Assembly: GCA_964016885.1 (NCBI GenBank)
Contig: OZ024744.1
Span: forward strand, 110,546,001 to 110,610,000
Length of the DNA stretch: 64,000 nucleotides
Direction of reading: 5' to 3'
Origin: Eledone cirrhosa
Taxonomy: Eukaryota
Made by a program: the position numbers and the translations under genes
The notes under the pieces: model-generated
Databases searched by the model: none
What the model saw: the letters and a program-made list of their open reading frames with translations, nothing else
Told to the model about the DNA's origin: nothing
Part shown: positions 48,401-63,600 of the stretch, one piece after another
Position numbering within the stretch: position 1 is the stretch's first letter
Layout: the number at the start of each line of letters is the position of its first letter

Positions 48401-51400
48401 ACTTACCTTGCCCTGAACACAGTAAAACTACATAATCCACTATAACTTACCTTGCCCTGAACACAGTAAAACTACACAACCCTCTATAACTTACCTTGCT
48501 CTGAACACAGTAAAACTACACAATCCACTTTAACTTACCTTGCTCTGAACACAGTAAAACTACATAATCCACTATAACTTACCTTCCTTTGAACACAGTA
48601 AATCTATATAATCCACTATGGCTTACCTTGCCCTGAACACTGTAAAACTACACAATCCACTATAACTTACCTTGCTCTGAACACAGTAAAACTACACAAC
48701 CCACTATAACTTACCTTGCCCTGAACACAGTAAAACTACATAATCCACTATAATTTACCTTGCTCTGAACACAGTAAAACTATATAATCCACTATAGCTT
48801 ACCTTGCCCTGAACACAGTAAAACTATACAACCCACTATAACTTACCTTGCCCTGAACACAGTAAAACTACATAATCCACTATAACTTACCTTGCCCTGA
48901 ACACAGTAAAACTACACAATCCACTATAACTTACCTTCCTTTGAACACAGTAAATCTATATAATCCACTATGGCTTACCTTGCCCTGAACACTGTAAAAC
49001 TACACAATCCACTATAACTTACCTTGCTCTGAACACAGTAAAACTACACAACCCACTATAACTTACCTTGCCCTGAACAGATTAAAACTACACAATCTAC
49101 TATAATTTACCTTGCCCTGAACACAGTAAAAGTACATAATCCACTATAACTTACCTTCCCTAAACACAGTAAAACTACACAATCCACTATCACTTATCTT
49201 GCCCTGAACACAGTAAAAGTACATAAACCACTATAACTTAACTTGCTCTGAATAGAGTAAAACTACACAACCCTCTATAACTTACCTTGCCCTGAACACA
49301 GTAAAACTACATAATCCACTATAACTTACCTGGCTCTGAACAGAGTAAAACAACGCAACCCACTATAACTTACCTTGCCTTGAACACAGTAAAACTACAC
49401 AATCCACTATAACTTACCTTGCCCTGAACACAGTAAAACTACATAATCCACTATAACTTACCTTGGCCTGAACACAGTAAAACTACATAATCCACTATAA
49501 CTTACCTTCCCTGAACACAATAAAACTACACAATCCACTATAACTTACCTTGCTCTGAACAGAGTAAAACTACACAACCCACTATAACTTACCTTGCTCT
49601 GAACACAGTAAAACTACACAATCCACTATAACTTACCTTGCCCTGAACACAGTAAAACTACACAACCCACTATAACTTACCTTGCCCTGAACACAGTAAA
49701 AGTACATAATCCACTATAACTTACCTTCCCTGAACACAGTAAAACTACACAATCCACTATAACTTACCTTGCCCTGAACACAGTAAAAGTACATAAACCA
49801 CTATAACTTAACTTGCTCTGAATAGAGTAAAACTACACAACCCACTATAACTTACCTTGCCCTGAACACAGTAAAACTACATAATCCACTATAACTTAAC
49901 TTGCCCTGAACACAGTAAAACTACACAACCCTCTATAACTTACCTTGCTCTGAACACAGTAAAACTACACAATCCACTATAACTTACCTTGCCCTGAACA
50001 CAGTAAAACTACACAATCCACTATAACTTACATTGCCCTGAACACAGTAAAACTACACAATCCACTATAACTTACCATGCCCTGAACACAGTAAAACTAC
50101 ACAATCCACTATAACTTACCTTGCCTGAACACAGTAAAACGACACAATCTACTATAAATTACGTTGCCCTGAACACACTAAAACTACACAATTTTCTATA
50201 ACTTACCTTGCCCTGAACACAGTAAAACTACATAATCCACTATAACTTACCTTGCTCTGAACACAGTAAAACTACACAATCCACTATAACTTACCTTCCT
50301 TTGAACACAGTAAATCTATATAATCCACTATGGCTTACCTTGCCCTGAACACAGTAAAACTACACAATCCACTATAACTTACCTTACTCTGAACACAGTA
50401 AAACTACACAACCCACTATAACTTACCTTGCCTTGAACACAGTAAAACTACACAATCCACTATAACTTACCTTGCTCTGAACAGAGTAAAACTACACAAT
50501 CTACTATAATTTACCTTGCCCTGAACACAGAAAAAGTACATAATCGACTATCACTTACCTTGCCCTGAACACAGTAAAACTACACAATCCACTATAACAT
50601 ACCTTGCCCAGAACACAGTAAAACTACACAATCCACTATAAATTACCTTGCTCTGAAAACAGTAAAACTACATAATCCACTATAACTTACCTTGCCCTGA
50701 AAACACTAAAACTACACAATCTTCTATAACTTACCTTGCTCTGAACACAGTAAAACTACACAATCCACTATAACTTACTTTTCTGAAAACAGTAAAACTA
50801 CACAATCCACTATAACTTACCTTGCCCTGAACACAGTAAAACTACACAATCCACTATAACTTACTTTGCCATGAACACAGTAAAACTACACAATCCACTA
50901 TAACTTAAATTGCCCTGAACTCAGTAAAACTACATAATCCACTGTAACTTACCTTGCCCTGAACACAGTAAAACTACACAACTCACTATAACTTACCTTG
51001 CCCTGAACACAGTAAAACTACACGATCCACTATAGCTTACCTTGCCCTGAACACAGTAAAACTACATAATCCACTATAACTTACCATGCCCTGAACACAG
51101 TAAAACTACACAATCCACTATAACTCACCTTCCCCTGAACACAGTAAAACTACATAATCCACTATAACTTACCTTGCTCTGAACACAGTAAAACTATATA
51201 ATCCACTATTGCTTACCTTGCCCTGAACACAGTAAAACTACACAATACACTATAACTTACCTTGCTCTGAACACAGTAAAACTACACGATCCACTATAAC
51301 TTACCTTCCTTTGAAAACAGTAAATCTATATTATCCACTATGGCTTACCTTGCCCTGAACACAGTAAAACTACACAATCCACTATAACTTACATTGCCCT

Positions 51401-51600
51401 GAACACAGTAAAACTACACAATCCACTATAACTTACCTTGCTCTGAACAGAGTAAAACTACACAATCTACTATAATTTACCTTGCCCTGAACACAGTAAA
51501 ACTACACAATCCACTATAACTTACCTTGCCCTGAACACAGTAAAAGTACATAAACCACTATAACTTAACTTGCTCTGAATAGAGTAAAACTACACAACCC
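45480..51600. repeat. About 73-monomer (3,206-bp) duplication in the right-hand sub-domain
   Basis: agaaaaagtacataatcgactatcac with tcg at 47338 and 50544. The downstream run of rare variants (acatac, ttaaattgccctgaactcag, aactcac, cacgatcc) is the same in both copies. The offset is larger at the left end because of monomer indels. Confidence 0.8.
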
Positions 51601-51699
51601 ACTATAACTTACCTTGCCCTGAACACAGTAAAACGACACAATCTACTATAAATTACGTTGCCCTGAACACACTAAAACTACACAATTTTCTATAACTTA

Positions 51700-54600
51700 T
51701 CTTGCCCTGAACACAGTAAAACTACACAATCCACTGTAACTTACCTTGCTCTGAACACAGTAACACTACACAATCCACTATAACTTACCTTGCCCTGAAC
51801 ACAGTAAAACTACACAATCCACTATAACTTACCTTCCTTTGAACACAGTAAATCTATATAATCCACTATGGCTTACCTTGCCCTGAACACTGTAAAACTA
51901 CACAATCCACTATAACTTACCTTGCTCTGAACACAGTAAAACTACACAACCCACTATAACTTACCTTGCCCTGAACAGATTAAAACTACACAATCTACTA
52001 TAATTTACCTTGCCCTGAACACAGTAAAAGTACATAATCCACTATAACTTACCTTCCCTGAACACAGTAAAACTACACAATCCACTATCACTTACCTTGC
52101 CCTGAACACAGTAAAAGTACATAAACCACTATAACTTAACTTGCTCTGAATAGAGTAAAACTACACAACCCACTATAACTTACCTTGTCCTGAACACAGT
52201 AAAACTACATAATCCACTATAACTTAACTTGCCCTGAACACAGTAAAACTACACAACCCTCTATAACTTACCTTGCTCTGTACACAGCAAAACTATACAA
52301 TCCACTTTAACTTACCTTGCTCTGAACACAGTAAAACTACATAATCCACTATAACTTACCTTTCCCTGAACACAGTAAAACTACACAATCCACTATAACT
52401 TACCTTGCCTGAACACAGTAAAACGACACAATCTACTATAAATTACGTTGCTCTGAACACACTAAAACTACACAATTTTCTATAACTTACCTTGCCCTGA
52501 ACACAGTAAAACTACACAATCCACTATAACTTACCTTGCTCTGAACACAGTAACACTACACAATCCACTATAACTTAGCTTGCCCTGAACACAGTAAAAC
52601 TACACAATCCATTATAACTTACCTTGCCCTGAACACAGTAAAACTACACAATCCACTCTAACTTACCTTGCTCTGAACACAGTAAAACTACACAATCCAC
52701 TATAACTTACCTTGCCCTGAACACAGTAAAACTACATAATCCACTATAACTTACCATGCCTGAACACAGTAAAACTACACAATCCACTATAACTTACCTT
52801 GCCCTGAACACAGTAAAATTACACAATCCACTATAACTTACCTTGCTCTGAACACAGTAAAACAACACAACCCACTATAACTTACCTTGCCCTGAACACA
52901 GTAAAACTACACAATCCACTATAACTTACCTTGCCCTGAACACAGTAAAACTACATAATCCACTATAACTTACCTTGCCCTGAACACAGTAAAATTACAC
53001 AATCCACTATAACTTACCTTGCCCTGAACACAGTAAAACTACACGATCCACTATAACTTACCTTGCTCTGAACAGAGTAAAACAACGCAACCCACTATAA
53101 CTTACCTTGCTCTGAACACAATAAAACTATATAATCCACTATTGCTTACCTTGCCCTGAACACAGTAAAACTACATAATCCACTATAACTTACCTTGCTC
53201 TGAACAGAGTAAAACAACGCAACCCACTATAACTTACCTTGCTCTGAACACAGTAAAACTATATAATCCACTATTGCTTACCTTGCCCTGAACACAGTAA
53301 AATTACACAACCCACTATAACTTACCTTGCTCTGAACACAGTATACCTACATAATCCACTATAACTTACCTTGCCCTGAACACAGTAAAACTACGCAATC
53401 CACTATAACTTACCTTGCACTGAACACTGTAAAACTACACAATCCACTATAACTTACCTTGCTCTGAACAGAGTAAAACTACACAACCCGCTATAATTTA
53501 CCTTGCCCTGAACACAGTAAGACTACATAATCCCCTATAACTTACCTTGCTCTGAACAGAGTAAAACTACACAACCCACTATAACTTACCTTGACCTGAA
53601 CACAGTAACACTATTTTATCCACTATAACTTACCTTGCTCTGAACACAGTAAAACTATATAATCCACTATTGCTTACCTTGCCCTGAACAGAGTAAAACT
53701 ACACAATCCACTATAACTTACCTTGACCTGAACACAGTAACACTACATTATCCACTATAACTTACCTTGCTCTGAACACAGTAAAACTATATAATCCACT
53801 ATTGCTTACCTTGCCCTGAACAGAGTAAAACTACACAACCCACTATAACTTACCTTGACCTGAACACAGTAACACTACATTATCCACTATAACTTACCTT
53901 GCTCTGAACACAGTAAAACTATATAATCCACTATTGCTTACCTTGCTCTGAACAGAGTAAAACTACACAACCCGCTATAACTTACCTTCCCTGAACACAA
54001 TAAAACTACACAATCCACTATAACTTACCTTGCTCTGAACAGAGTAAAACTACACAACCCACTATAACTTACCTTGCCCTGAACACAGTAAAAGTACATA
54101 ATCCACTATAGCTTACCTTGCCCTGAAAACAGTAGAACTACACAATCCACTATAAATTACCTTGCTCTGAACACAGTAAAACTATGCGATCCACTATAAC
54201 TTACCTTGCTCTGAACAAAGGAAACTACACAATCCACTATAACTTACCTTGCTCTGAACAAAGGAAACTACACAATCCACTATAACTTAACTGGCCCTGA
54301 ACATGGTAAAACTACACAATCCACTATAAATTAACTGGCCCTGAACACAGTAAAACTACACAATCCACTATAAGTTACCTTGCTCTGAACACAGTAAAAC
54401 TACACAATCCTCTATAAATTAACTGGCCCTTAACACAGTAAAACTACACAATCCAATATAACTTACCTTGCCCTGAACACAGTAAAACTACACAATCCAC
54501 TATAACTTACCTTGCACTGAACACAGTAAAACTACACAATCCACTATAACTTACCTTGCCCTGGACACAGTAAAACTACACAATCCACTATAAGTTACTT

Positions 54601-57600
54601 TGGCCTGAATACAGTAAAACTACACAATCCACTATAACTTACCTTGCCCTGAACACAGTAAAACTATACAATCCGCTATTACTTACCTTGCCCTGAACAC
54701 AGTAATACTACGCAATCCACTATAACTTACTTTGCCCTGAACACAGTAAAACTACACAATCCACTATAACTTACCTTACCCTGATCACAGTAAAACTACA
54801 TAATCCACTATAACTTACTCCACTTGCCCTGAACACAGTAAAACTACATAATCCACTATAACTTACTCCACTTGCCCTAAACATAGTAAAACTACACAAT
54901 CCACTATAACTTATCTTGCACTGAACACAGTAAAACTTCACAATCCACTATAAATTACCTTGCCCTGAACACAGTAAAACTACACAATCCACTATAAATT
55001 ACCTTGCTCTTAACACAGTAAAACTACACAACCCACTATAACTTACCATGCCTGAACACAGTAAAACTACACAATCCACTATAACTTACATTGCCCAGAA
55101 CAAAGTAAAACTACGTAATCCACTATACCTTACCTTGCCCTGAACACAGTAAAACTACACAATCCACTATTGCTTACCTTGCCCTGAAAACAGTAGAACT
55201 ACACAATCCACTATAAATTACATTGCTCTGAACACAGTAAAACTACACAATCCACTATAACTTGCTCTGCCATGAACACAGTAAAACTACACAATCCACT
55301 ATAACTTACCTTGCACTGAACACAGTAAAACTACACAATCCACTATTACTTAACTGGCCCTGAACACAGTAAAACTACACAATCCACTATAACTGAACTG
55401 GCCCTGAACGCACTAAAACTACACAATCCACTATAACTTAACTGGCCCTGAACACAGTAAAACTACACAATCCACTATAACTCAACTGGCCCTGAACACA
55501 GTAAAACTACACAATCCACTATAAGTTACCTTGCTCTGAACACAGTAAAACTACACAATCCACTATAACTTAACTGGCCCTGAACACAGTAAAACTACAC
55601 AATCCACTATAACTTACCTTGCCCTGAACACAGTAAAACTACACAATCCACTATAACTTACCTTGCACTGAACAAAGTAAAACTACACAATCCACTATAA
55701 CTTACCTTACCCTGAACACAGTAAAACTACACAATCCACTATAACTTACCTTGCTCTGAACAGAGTAAAACTACACAACCCACTATAACTTACCTTGCTC
55801 TGAACACAGTAAAAGTACATAATCCACTATAACTTACCTTGCACTGAACACAGTAAAACTACACAATCCACTATAACTTACCTTGCTCTGAACACAGTAA
55901 AACTATATAATCCACTATAGCTTACCTTGCTCTGAACACAGTAAAACTACACAATCCACTATAACTTACCTTGCCCTGAACACAGTAAAACTACACAATC
56001 CACTATAACTTACCTTGCTCTGAACACAGTAAAACTACACAATCCACTATAACCTACCTTGCTCTGAACACAGTAAAACTACACAATCCACTATAACTTA
56101 CCTTGCCCTGAACACAGTAAAACTACACAACCCACTATAACTTACCTTGCCCTGAACACAGTAAAACTACACAATCCACTATAACTTACCTTGCTCTGAA
56201 CACAGTAAAACTATATAATCCACTATAGCTTACCTTGCTCTGAAAACAGTAAAACTACACAATCCACTATAACTTACCTTGCCCTGAACACAGTAAAACT
56301 ACACAATCCACTATAACTTACCTTGCTCTGAACACAGTAAAACTACACAATCCACTATAACCTACCTTGCCCTGAACACAGTAAAACTACACAATCCACT
56401 ATTACTTACCTTGCTCTGAACACAGTAAACTACACAATCCACTATAACTTACCTTGCTCTGAACAGAGTAAAACAACGCAACCCAATATAACTTACCTTG
56501 CTCTGAACACAGTAAAACTACATAATCCACTATAACTTACGTTCCCTGAACACAATAAAACTACACAATCCACTATAACTTACCTTGCTCTGAACAGAGT
56601 AAAACTACACAACCCGCTATAACTTACCTTCCCTGAACACAATAAAACCACACAATCCACTATAAATTACCTTGCTCTGAACAGCGTAAAACTACACAAC
56701 CCACTATAACTTACCTTGCTCTGAACACAGTAAAATTACACAATCCACTATAACTTACCTTGCCCTGAACACAGTAAAACTACACAACCCACTATAACTT
56801 ACCTTGCCCTGAACACAGTAAAAGTACATAATCCACTATAACTTACCTTGCTCTGAACAGAGTAAAACTACACAACCCACTATAACTTACCTTGCCCTGA
56901 ACACAGTAAAACTACACAATCCACTATAACTTACCTTGCCCTGAACACAGTAAAACTACACAATCCACTATAACTCACATTGCCCTGAACACAGTAAAAC
57001 TACACAATCCACTATAACTTACCTTGCCCTGAACACAGTAAAACTACACAATCCACTATAACTTACCTTGCTCTAAACACAGTAAAACTACACAATCCAC
57101 TATAACTTACCTTGCCCTGAACACAGTAAAACTACACAATCCACTATAACTTACCTTGCCTGAACACAGTAAAACGACACAATCTACTATAAATTACGTT
57201 GCCCTGAACACACTAAAACTACACAATTTTCTATAACTTACCTTGCCCTGAACACAGTAAAAGTACATAATCGACTATCACTTACCTTGCTCTAAACACA
57301 GTAAAACTACACAATCCACTATAACTTACCTTGCCCTGAACACAGTAAAACTACACAATCCACTATAACTTACCTTGCCTTGAACACAGTAAAACTACAT
57401 AATCCACTATAACTTACCTTGCTCTGAACACAGTAAAACTACACAATCCACTATAACTTACCTTCCTTTGAACACAGTAAATCTATTTAATCCACTATGG
57501 CTTACCTTGCCCTGAACACAGTAAAACTACACAATCCACTATAACTTACCTTACTCTGAACACAGTAAAACTACACAACCCACTATAACTTACCTTGCCC

Positions 57601-60600
57601 TGAACACAGTAAAACTACACAATCCACTATAACTTACCTTGCTCTGAACAGAGTAAAACTACACAATCTACTATAATTTACCTTGCCCTGAACACAGTAA
57701 AAGTACATAATCGACTATCACTTACCTTGCCCTGAACACAGTAAAACTTCACAATCCACTATAACATACCTTGCCCTGAACACAGTAAAACTACACAATC
57801 CACTATAAATTACCTTGCTCTGAAAACAGTAAAACTACATAATCCACTATAACTTACCTTGCCCTGAACACACTAAAACTACACAATCTTCTATAACTTA
57901 CCTTGCTCTGAACACAGTAAAACTACACAATCCACTATAACTTACTTTTCTGAACACAGTAAAACTACACAATCCACTATAACGTACCTTGCCATGAACA
58001 CAGTAAAACTACACAATCCACTATAACTTAACTTGCCCTGAACTCAGTAAAACTACATAATCCACTGTAACTTACCTTGCCCTGAACACAGTAAAACTAC
58101 ACAACCCACTATAACTTACCTTGCCCTGAACACAGTAAAACTACACGATCCACTATAGCTTACCTTGCCCTGAACACAGTAAAACTACATAATCCACTAT
58201 AACTTACCATGCCCTGAACACAGTAAACTACACAATCCACTATAACTCACCTTCCCCTGAACACAGTAAAACTACATAATCCACTATAACTTACCTTGCT
58301 CTGAACACAGTAAAACTATATAATCCACTATTGCTTACCTTGCCCTGAACACAGTAAAACTACACAATCCACTATAACTCACCTTGCTCTGAACACAGTA
58401 AAACTACACAATCCACTATAACTTACCTTCCTTTGAAAACAGTAAATCTATATAATCCACTATGGCTTACCTTGCCCTGAACACAGTAAAACTACACAAT
58501 CCACTATAACTTATCTTCTCTGAACACAGTAAAACTACACAACGCACTATAACTTACCTTGCCCTGAACACAGTAAAACTACACAATCCACTATAACTTA
58601 CCTTGCTCTGAACAGAGTAAAACTACACAATCTACTATAATTTACCTTGCCTTGAACACAGTAAAACTACACAATCCACTATAACTTACCTTGCCCTGAA
58701 CACAGTAAAAGTACATAAACCACTATAACTTAACTTGCTCTGAATAGAGTAAAACTACACAACCCACTATAACTTACCTTGCCCTGAACACAGTAAAACT
58801 ACATAATCCACTATAACTTACCTTGCCCTGAACACAGTAAAACTACACAACCCTCTATAACTTACCTTGCTCTGAACACAGTAAAACTACACAATCCACT
58901 TTAACTTACCTTGCTCTGAACACAGTAAAACTACATAGTCCACTATAACTTACCTTGCACTGAACACAGTAAAACTAACACAATCCACTATAACTTACCT
59001 TGCCTGAACACAGTAAAACGACACAATCTACTATAAATTACGTTGCCCTGAACACACTAAAACTACACAATTTTCTATAACTTATCTTGCCCTGAACACA
59101 GTAAAACTACACAATCCACTGTAACTTACCTTGCTCTGAACACAGTAACACTACACAATCCACTATAACTTACCTTGCCCTGAACACAGTAAAACTACAC
59201 AATCCACTATAACTTACCTTGCCCTGAACACAGTAAAACTACATAATCCACTATAACTTACCTGGCCCTGAACACAGTAAAACTACATAATCCACTATAA
59301 CTTACGTTCCCTGAACACAATAAAACTACACAATCCACTATAACTTACCTTGCTCTGAACAGAGTAAAACTACACAACCCACTATAACTTACCTTGCTCT
59401 GAACACAGTAAATCTACACAATCCACTATAACTTACCTTGCCCTGAACACAGTAAAACTACATAATCCACTATAACTTACCTGGCCCTGAACACAGTAAA
59501 ACTACACAACCCACTATAACTTACCTTGCCCTGAACACAGTAAAAGTACATAATCCACTATAACTTACCTTGCTCTGAACAGAGTAAAACTACACAATCC
59601 ACTATAACTTACCTCGCCCTGAACACAGTAAAACTACACAACCCACTATAACTTACCTTGCTCTGAACAGAGTAAAACTACACAACCCGCTATAACTTAC
59701 CTTCCCTGAACACAATAAAACTACACAATCCACTATAAATTACCTTGCTCTGAACAGAGTAAAACTACACAACCCACTATAACTTACCTTGCCCTGAACA
59801 CAGTAAAACTACACAATCCACTATAACTTACCTTGCCCTGAACACAGTAAAACTACACAATCCACTATAACTCACATTGCCCTGAACACAGTAAAACTAC
59901 ACAATCCACTATAACTTACCTTGCCCTGAACACAGTAAAACTACACAATCCACTATAACTTACCTTGCTCTAAACACAGTAAAACTACACAATCCACTAT
60001 AACTTACCTTGCCCTGAACACAGTAAAACTACACAATCCACTATAACTTACCTTGCCTGAACACAGTAAAACGACACAATCTACTATAAATTACGTTGCC
60101 CTGAACACACTAAAACTACACAATTTTCTATAACTTACCTTGCCCTGAACACAGTAAAACTACACAATCCACTATAACTTACCTTGCCTTGAACACAGTA
60201 AAACTACATAATCCACTATAACTTACCTTGCTCTGAACACAGTAAAACTACACAATCCACTATAACTTACCTTCCTTTGAACACAGTAAATCTATTTAAT
60301 CCACTATGGCTTACCTTGCCCTGAACACAGTAAAACTACACAATCCACTATAACTTGCCTTACTCTGAACACAGTAAAACTACACAACCCACTATAACTT
60401 ACCTTGCCCTGAACACAGTAAAACTACACAATCCACTATAACTTACCTTGCTCTGAACAGAGTAAAACTACACAATCTACTATAATTTACCTTGCCCTGA
60501 ACACAGTAAAAGTACATAATCGACTATCACTTACCTTGCCCTGAACACAGTAAAACTTCACAATCCACTATAACATACCTTGCCCTGAACACAGTAAAAC

Positions 60601-63600
60601 TACACAATCCACTATAAATTACCTTGCTCTGAAAACAGTAAAACTACATAATCCACTATAACTTACCTTGCCCTGAACACACTAAAACTACACAATCTTC
60701 TATAACTTACCTTGCTCTGAACACAGTAAAACTACACAATCCACTATAACTTACTTTTCTGAACACAGTAAAACTACACAATCCACTATAACTTACCTTG
60801 CCATGAACACAGTAAAACTACACAATCCACTACAACTTAACTTGCCCTGAACTCAGTAAAACTACATAATCCACTGTAACTTACCTTGCCCTGAACACAG
60901 TAAAACTACACAACCCACTATAACTTACCTTGCCCTGAACACAGTAAAACTACACGATCCACTATAGCTTACCTTGCCCTGAACACAGTAAAACTACATA
61001 ATCCACTATAACTTACCATGCCCTGAACACAGTAAAACTACACAATCCACTATAACTCACCTTCCCCCGAACACAGTAAAACTACATAATCCACTATAAC
61101 TTACCTTGCTCTGAACACAGTAAAACTATATAATCCACTATTGCTTACCTTGCCCTGAACACAGTAAAACTACACAATCCACTATATTTTACCTTGCTCT
61201 GAACACAGTAAAACTACACAATCCACTATAACTTACCTTCCTTTGAAAACAGTAAATCTATATAATCCACTATGGCTTACCTTGCCCTGAACACAGTAAA
61301 ACTACACAATCCACTATAACTTATCTTCTCTGAACACAGTAAAACTACACAACGCACTATAACTTACCTTGCCCTGAACACAGTAAAACTACACAATCCA
61401 CTATAACTTACCTTGCTCTGAACAGAGTAAAACTACACAATCTACTATAATTTACCTTGCCTTGAACACAGTAAAACTACACAATCCACTATAACTTAAC
61501 TTGCTCTGAATAGAGTAAAACTACACAACCCACTATAACTTACCTTGCCCTGAACACAGTAAAACTACATAATCCACTATAACTTACCTTGCCCTGAACA
61601 CAGTAAAACTACACAACCCTCTATAACTTACCTTGCTCTGAACACAGTAAAACTACACAATCCACTTTAACTTACCTTGCTCTGAACACAGTAAAACTAC
61701 ATAATCCACTATAACTTACCTTGCACTGAACACAGTAAAACTAACACAATCCACTATAACTTACCTTGCCTGAACACAGTAAAACGACACAATCTACTAT
61801 AAATTACATTGCCCTAAACACACTAAAACTACACAATTTTCTATAACTTATCTTGCCCTGAACACAGTAAAACTACACAATCCACTGTAACTTACCTTGC
61901 TCTGAACACAGTAACACTATACAATCCACTATAACTTACCTTGCCCTGAACACAGTAAAACTACATAATCCACTATAACTTACCTTGCTCTGAACACAGT
62001 AAAACTACACAATCCACTATAACTTACCTTCCTTTGAACACAGTAAATCTATATAATCCACTATGGCTAACCTTGCCCTGAATACTGTAAAACTACACAA
62101 TCCACTATAACTTACCTTGCTCTGAACACAGTAAAACTACACAACCCACTATAACTTACCTTGCCCTGAACATAGTAAAACTACACAATCCACTATAACT
62201 TACCTTGCTCTGAACAGATTAAAACTACACAATCTACTATAATTTACCTTGCCCTGAACACAGTAAAAGTACATAATCCACTATAACTTACCTTGCCCTG
62301 AACACAGTAAAACTACATAATCCACTATAACTTAACTTGCCCTGAACACAGTAAAACTACACAACCCTCTATAACTTACCTTGCTCTGTACACAGTAAAA
62401 CTACACAATTCACTTTAACTTACCTTGCTCTGAACACAGTAAAACTACATAATCCACTATAACTTACCTTTCCCTGAACACAGTAAAACTACACAATCCA
62501 CTATAACTTACCTTGCCTGAACACAGTAAAACGACACAATCTACTATAAATTACGTTGCTCTGAACACACTAAAACTACACAATTTTCTATAACTTACCT
62601 TGCCCTGAACACAGTAAAACTACACAATCCACTATAACTTACCTTGCTCTGAACACAGTAACACTACACAATCCACTATAACTTACCTTGCCCTGAACAC
62701 AGTAAAACTACACAATCCATTATAACTTACCTTGCCCTGAACACAGTAAAACTACACAATCCACTCTAACTTACCTTGCTCTGAACACAGTAAAACTACA
62801 CAATCTACTATAACATACCTTGCCCTGAACACAGTAAAACTACATAATCCACTATAACTTACCATGCCTGAACACAGTAAAACTACACAATCCACTATAA
62901 CTTACCTTGCCCTGAACACAGTAAAATTACACAATCCACTATAACTTACCTTGCTCTGAACACAGTAAAACTACACAACCCACTATAACTTACCTTGCCC
63001 TGAACACAGTAAAACTACACAATCCACTATAACTTACCTTGCCCTGAACACAGTAAAACTACATAATCCACTATAACTTACCTTGCCCTGAACACAGTAA
63101 AATTACACAATCCACTATAACTTACCTTGCCCTGAACACAGTAAAACTACACAATCCACTATAACTTACCTTGCTCTGAACAGAGTAAAACAACGCAACC
63201 CACTATAATTTACCTTGCTCTGAACACAATAAAACTATATAATCCACTATTGCTTACCTTGCCCTGAACACAGTAAAACTACACAATCCACTATAACTTA
63301 CCTTGCTCTGAACAGAGTAAAACTACACAACCCGCTATAATTTACCTTGCCCTGAACACAGTAAGACTACATAATCCCCTATAACTTACCTTGCTCTGAA
63401 CAGAGTAAAACTACACAACCCACTATAACTTACCTTGACCTGAACACAGTAACACTACATTATCCACTATAACTTACCTTGCTCTGAACACAGTAAAACT
63501 ATATAATCCACTATTGCTTACCTTGCCCTGAACAGAGTAAAACTACACAATCCACTATAACTTACCTTGCTCTGAACAGAGTAAAACTACACAACCCGCT

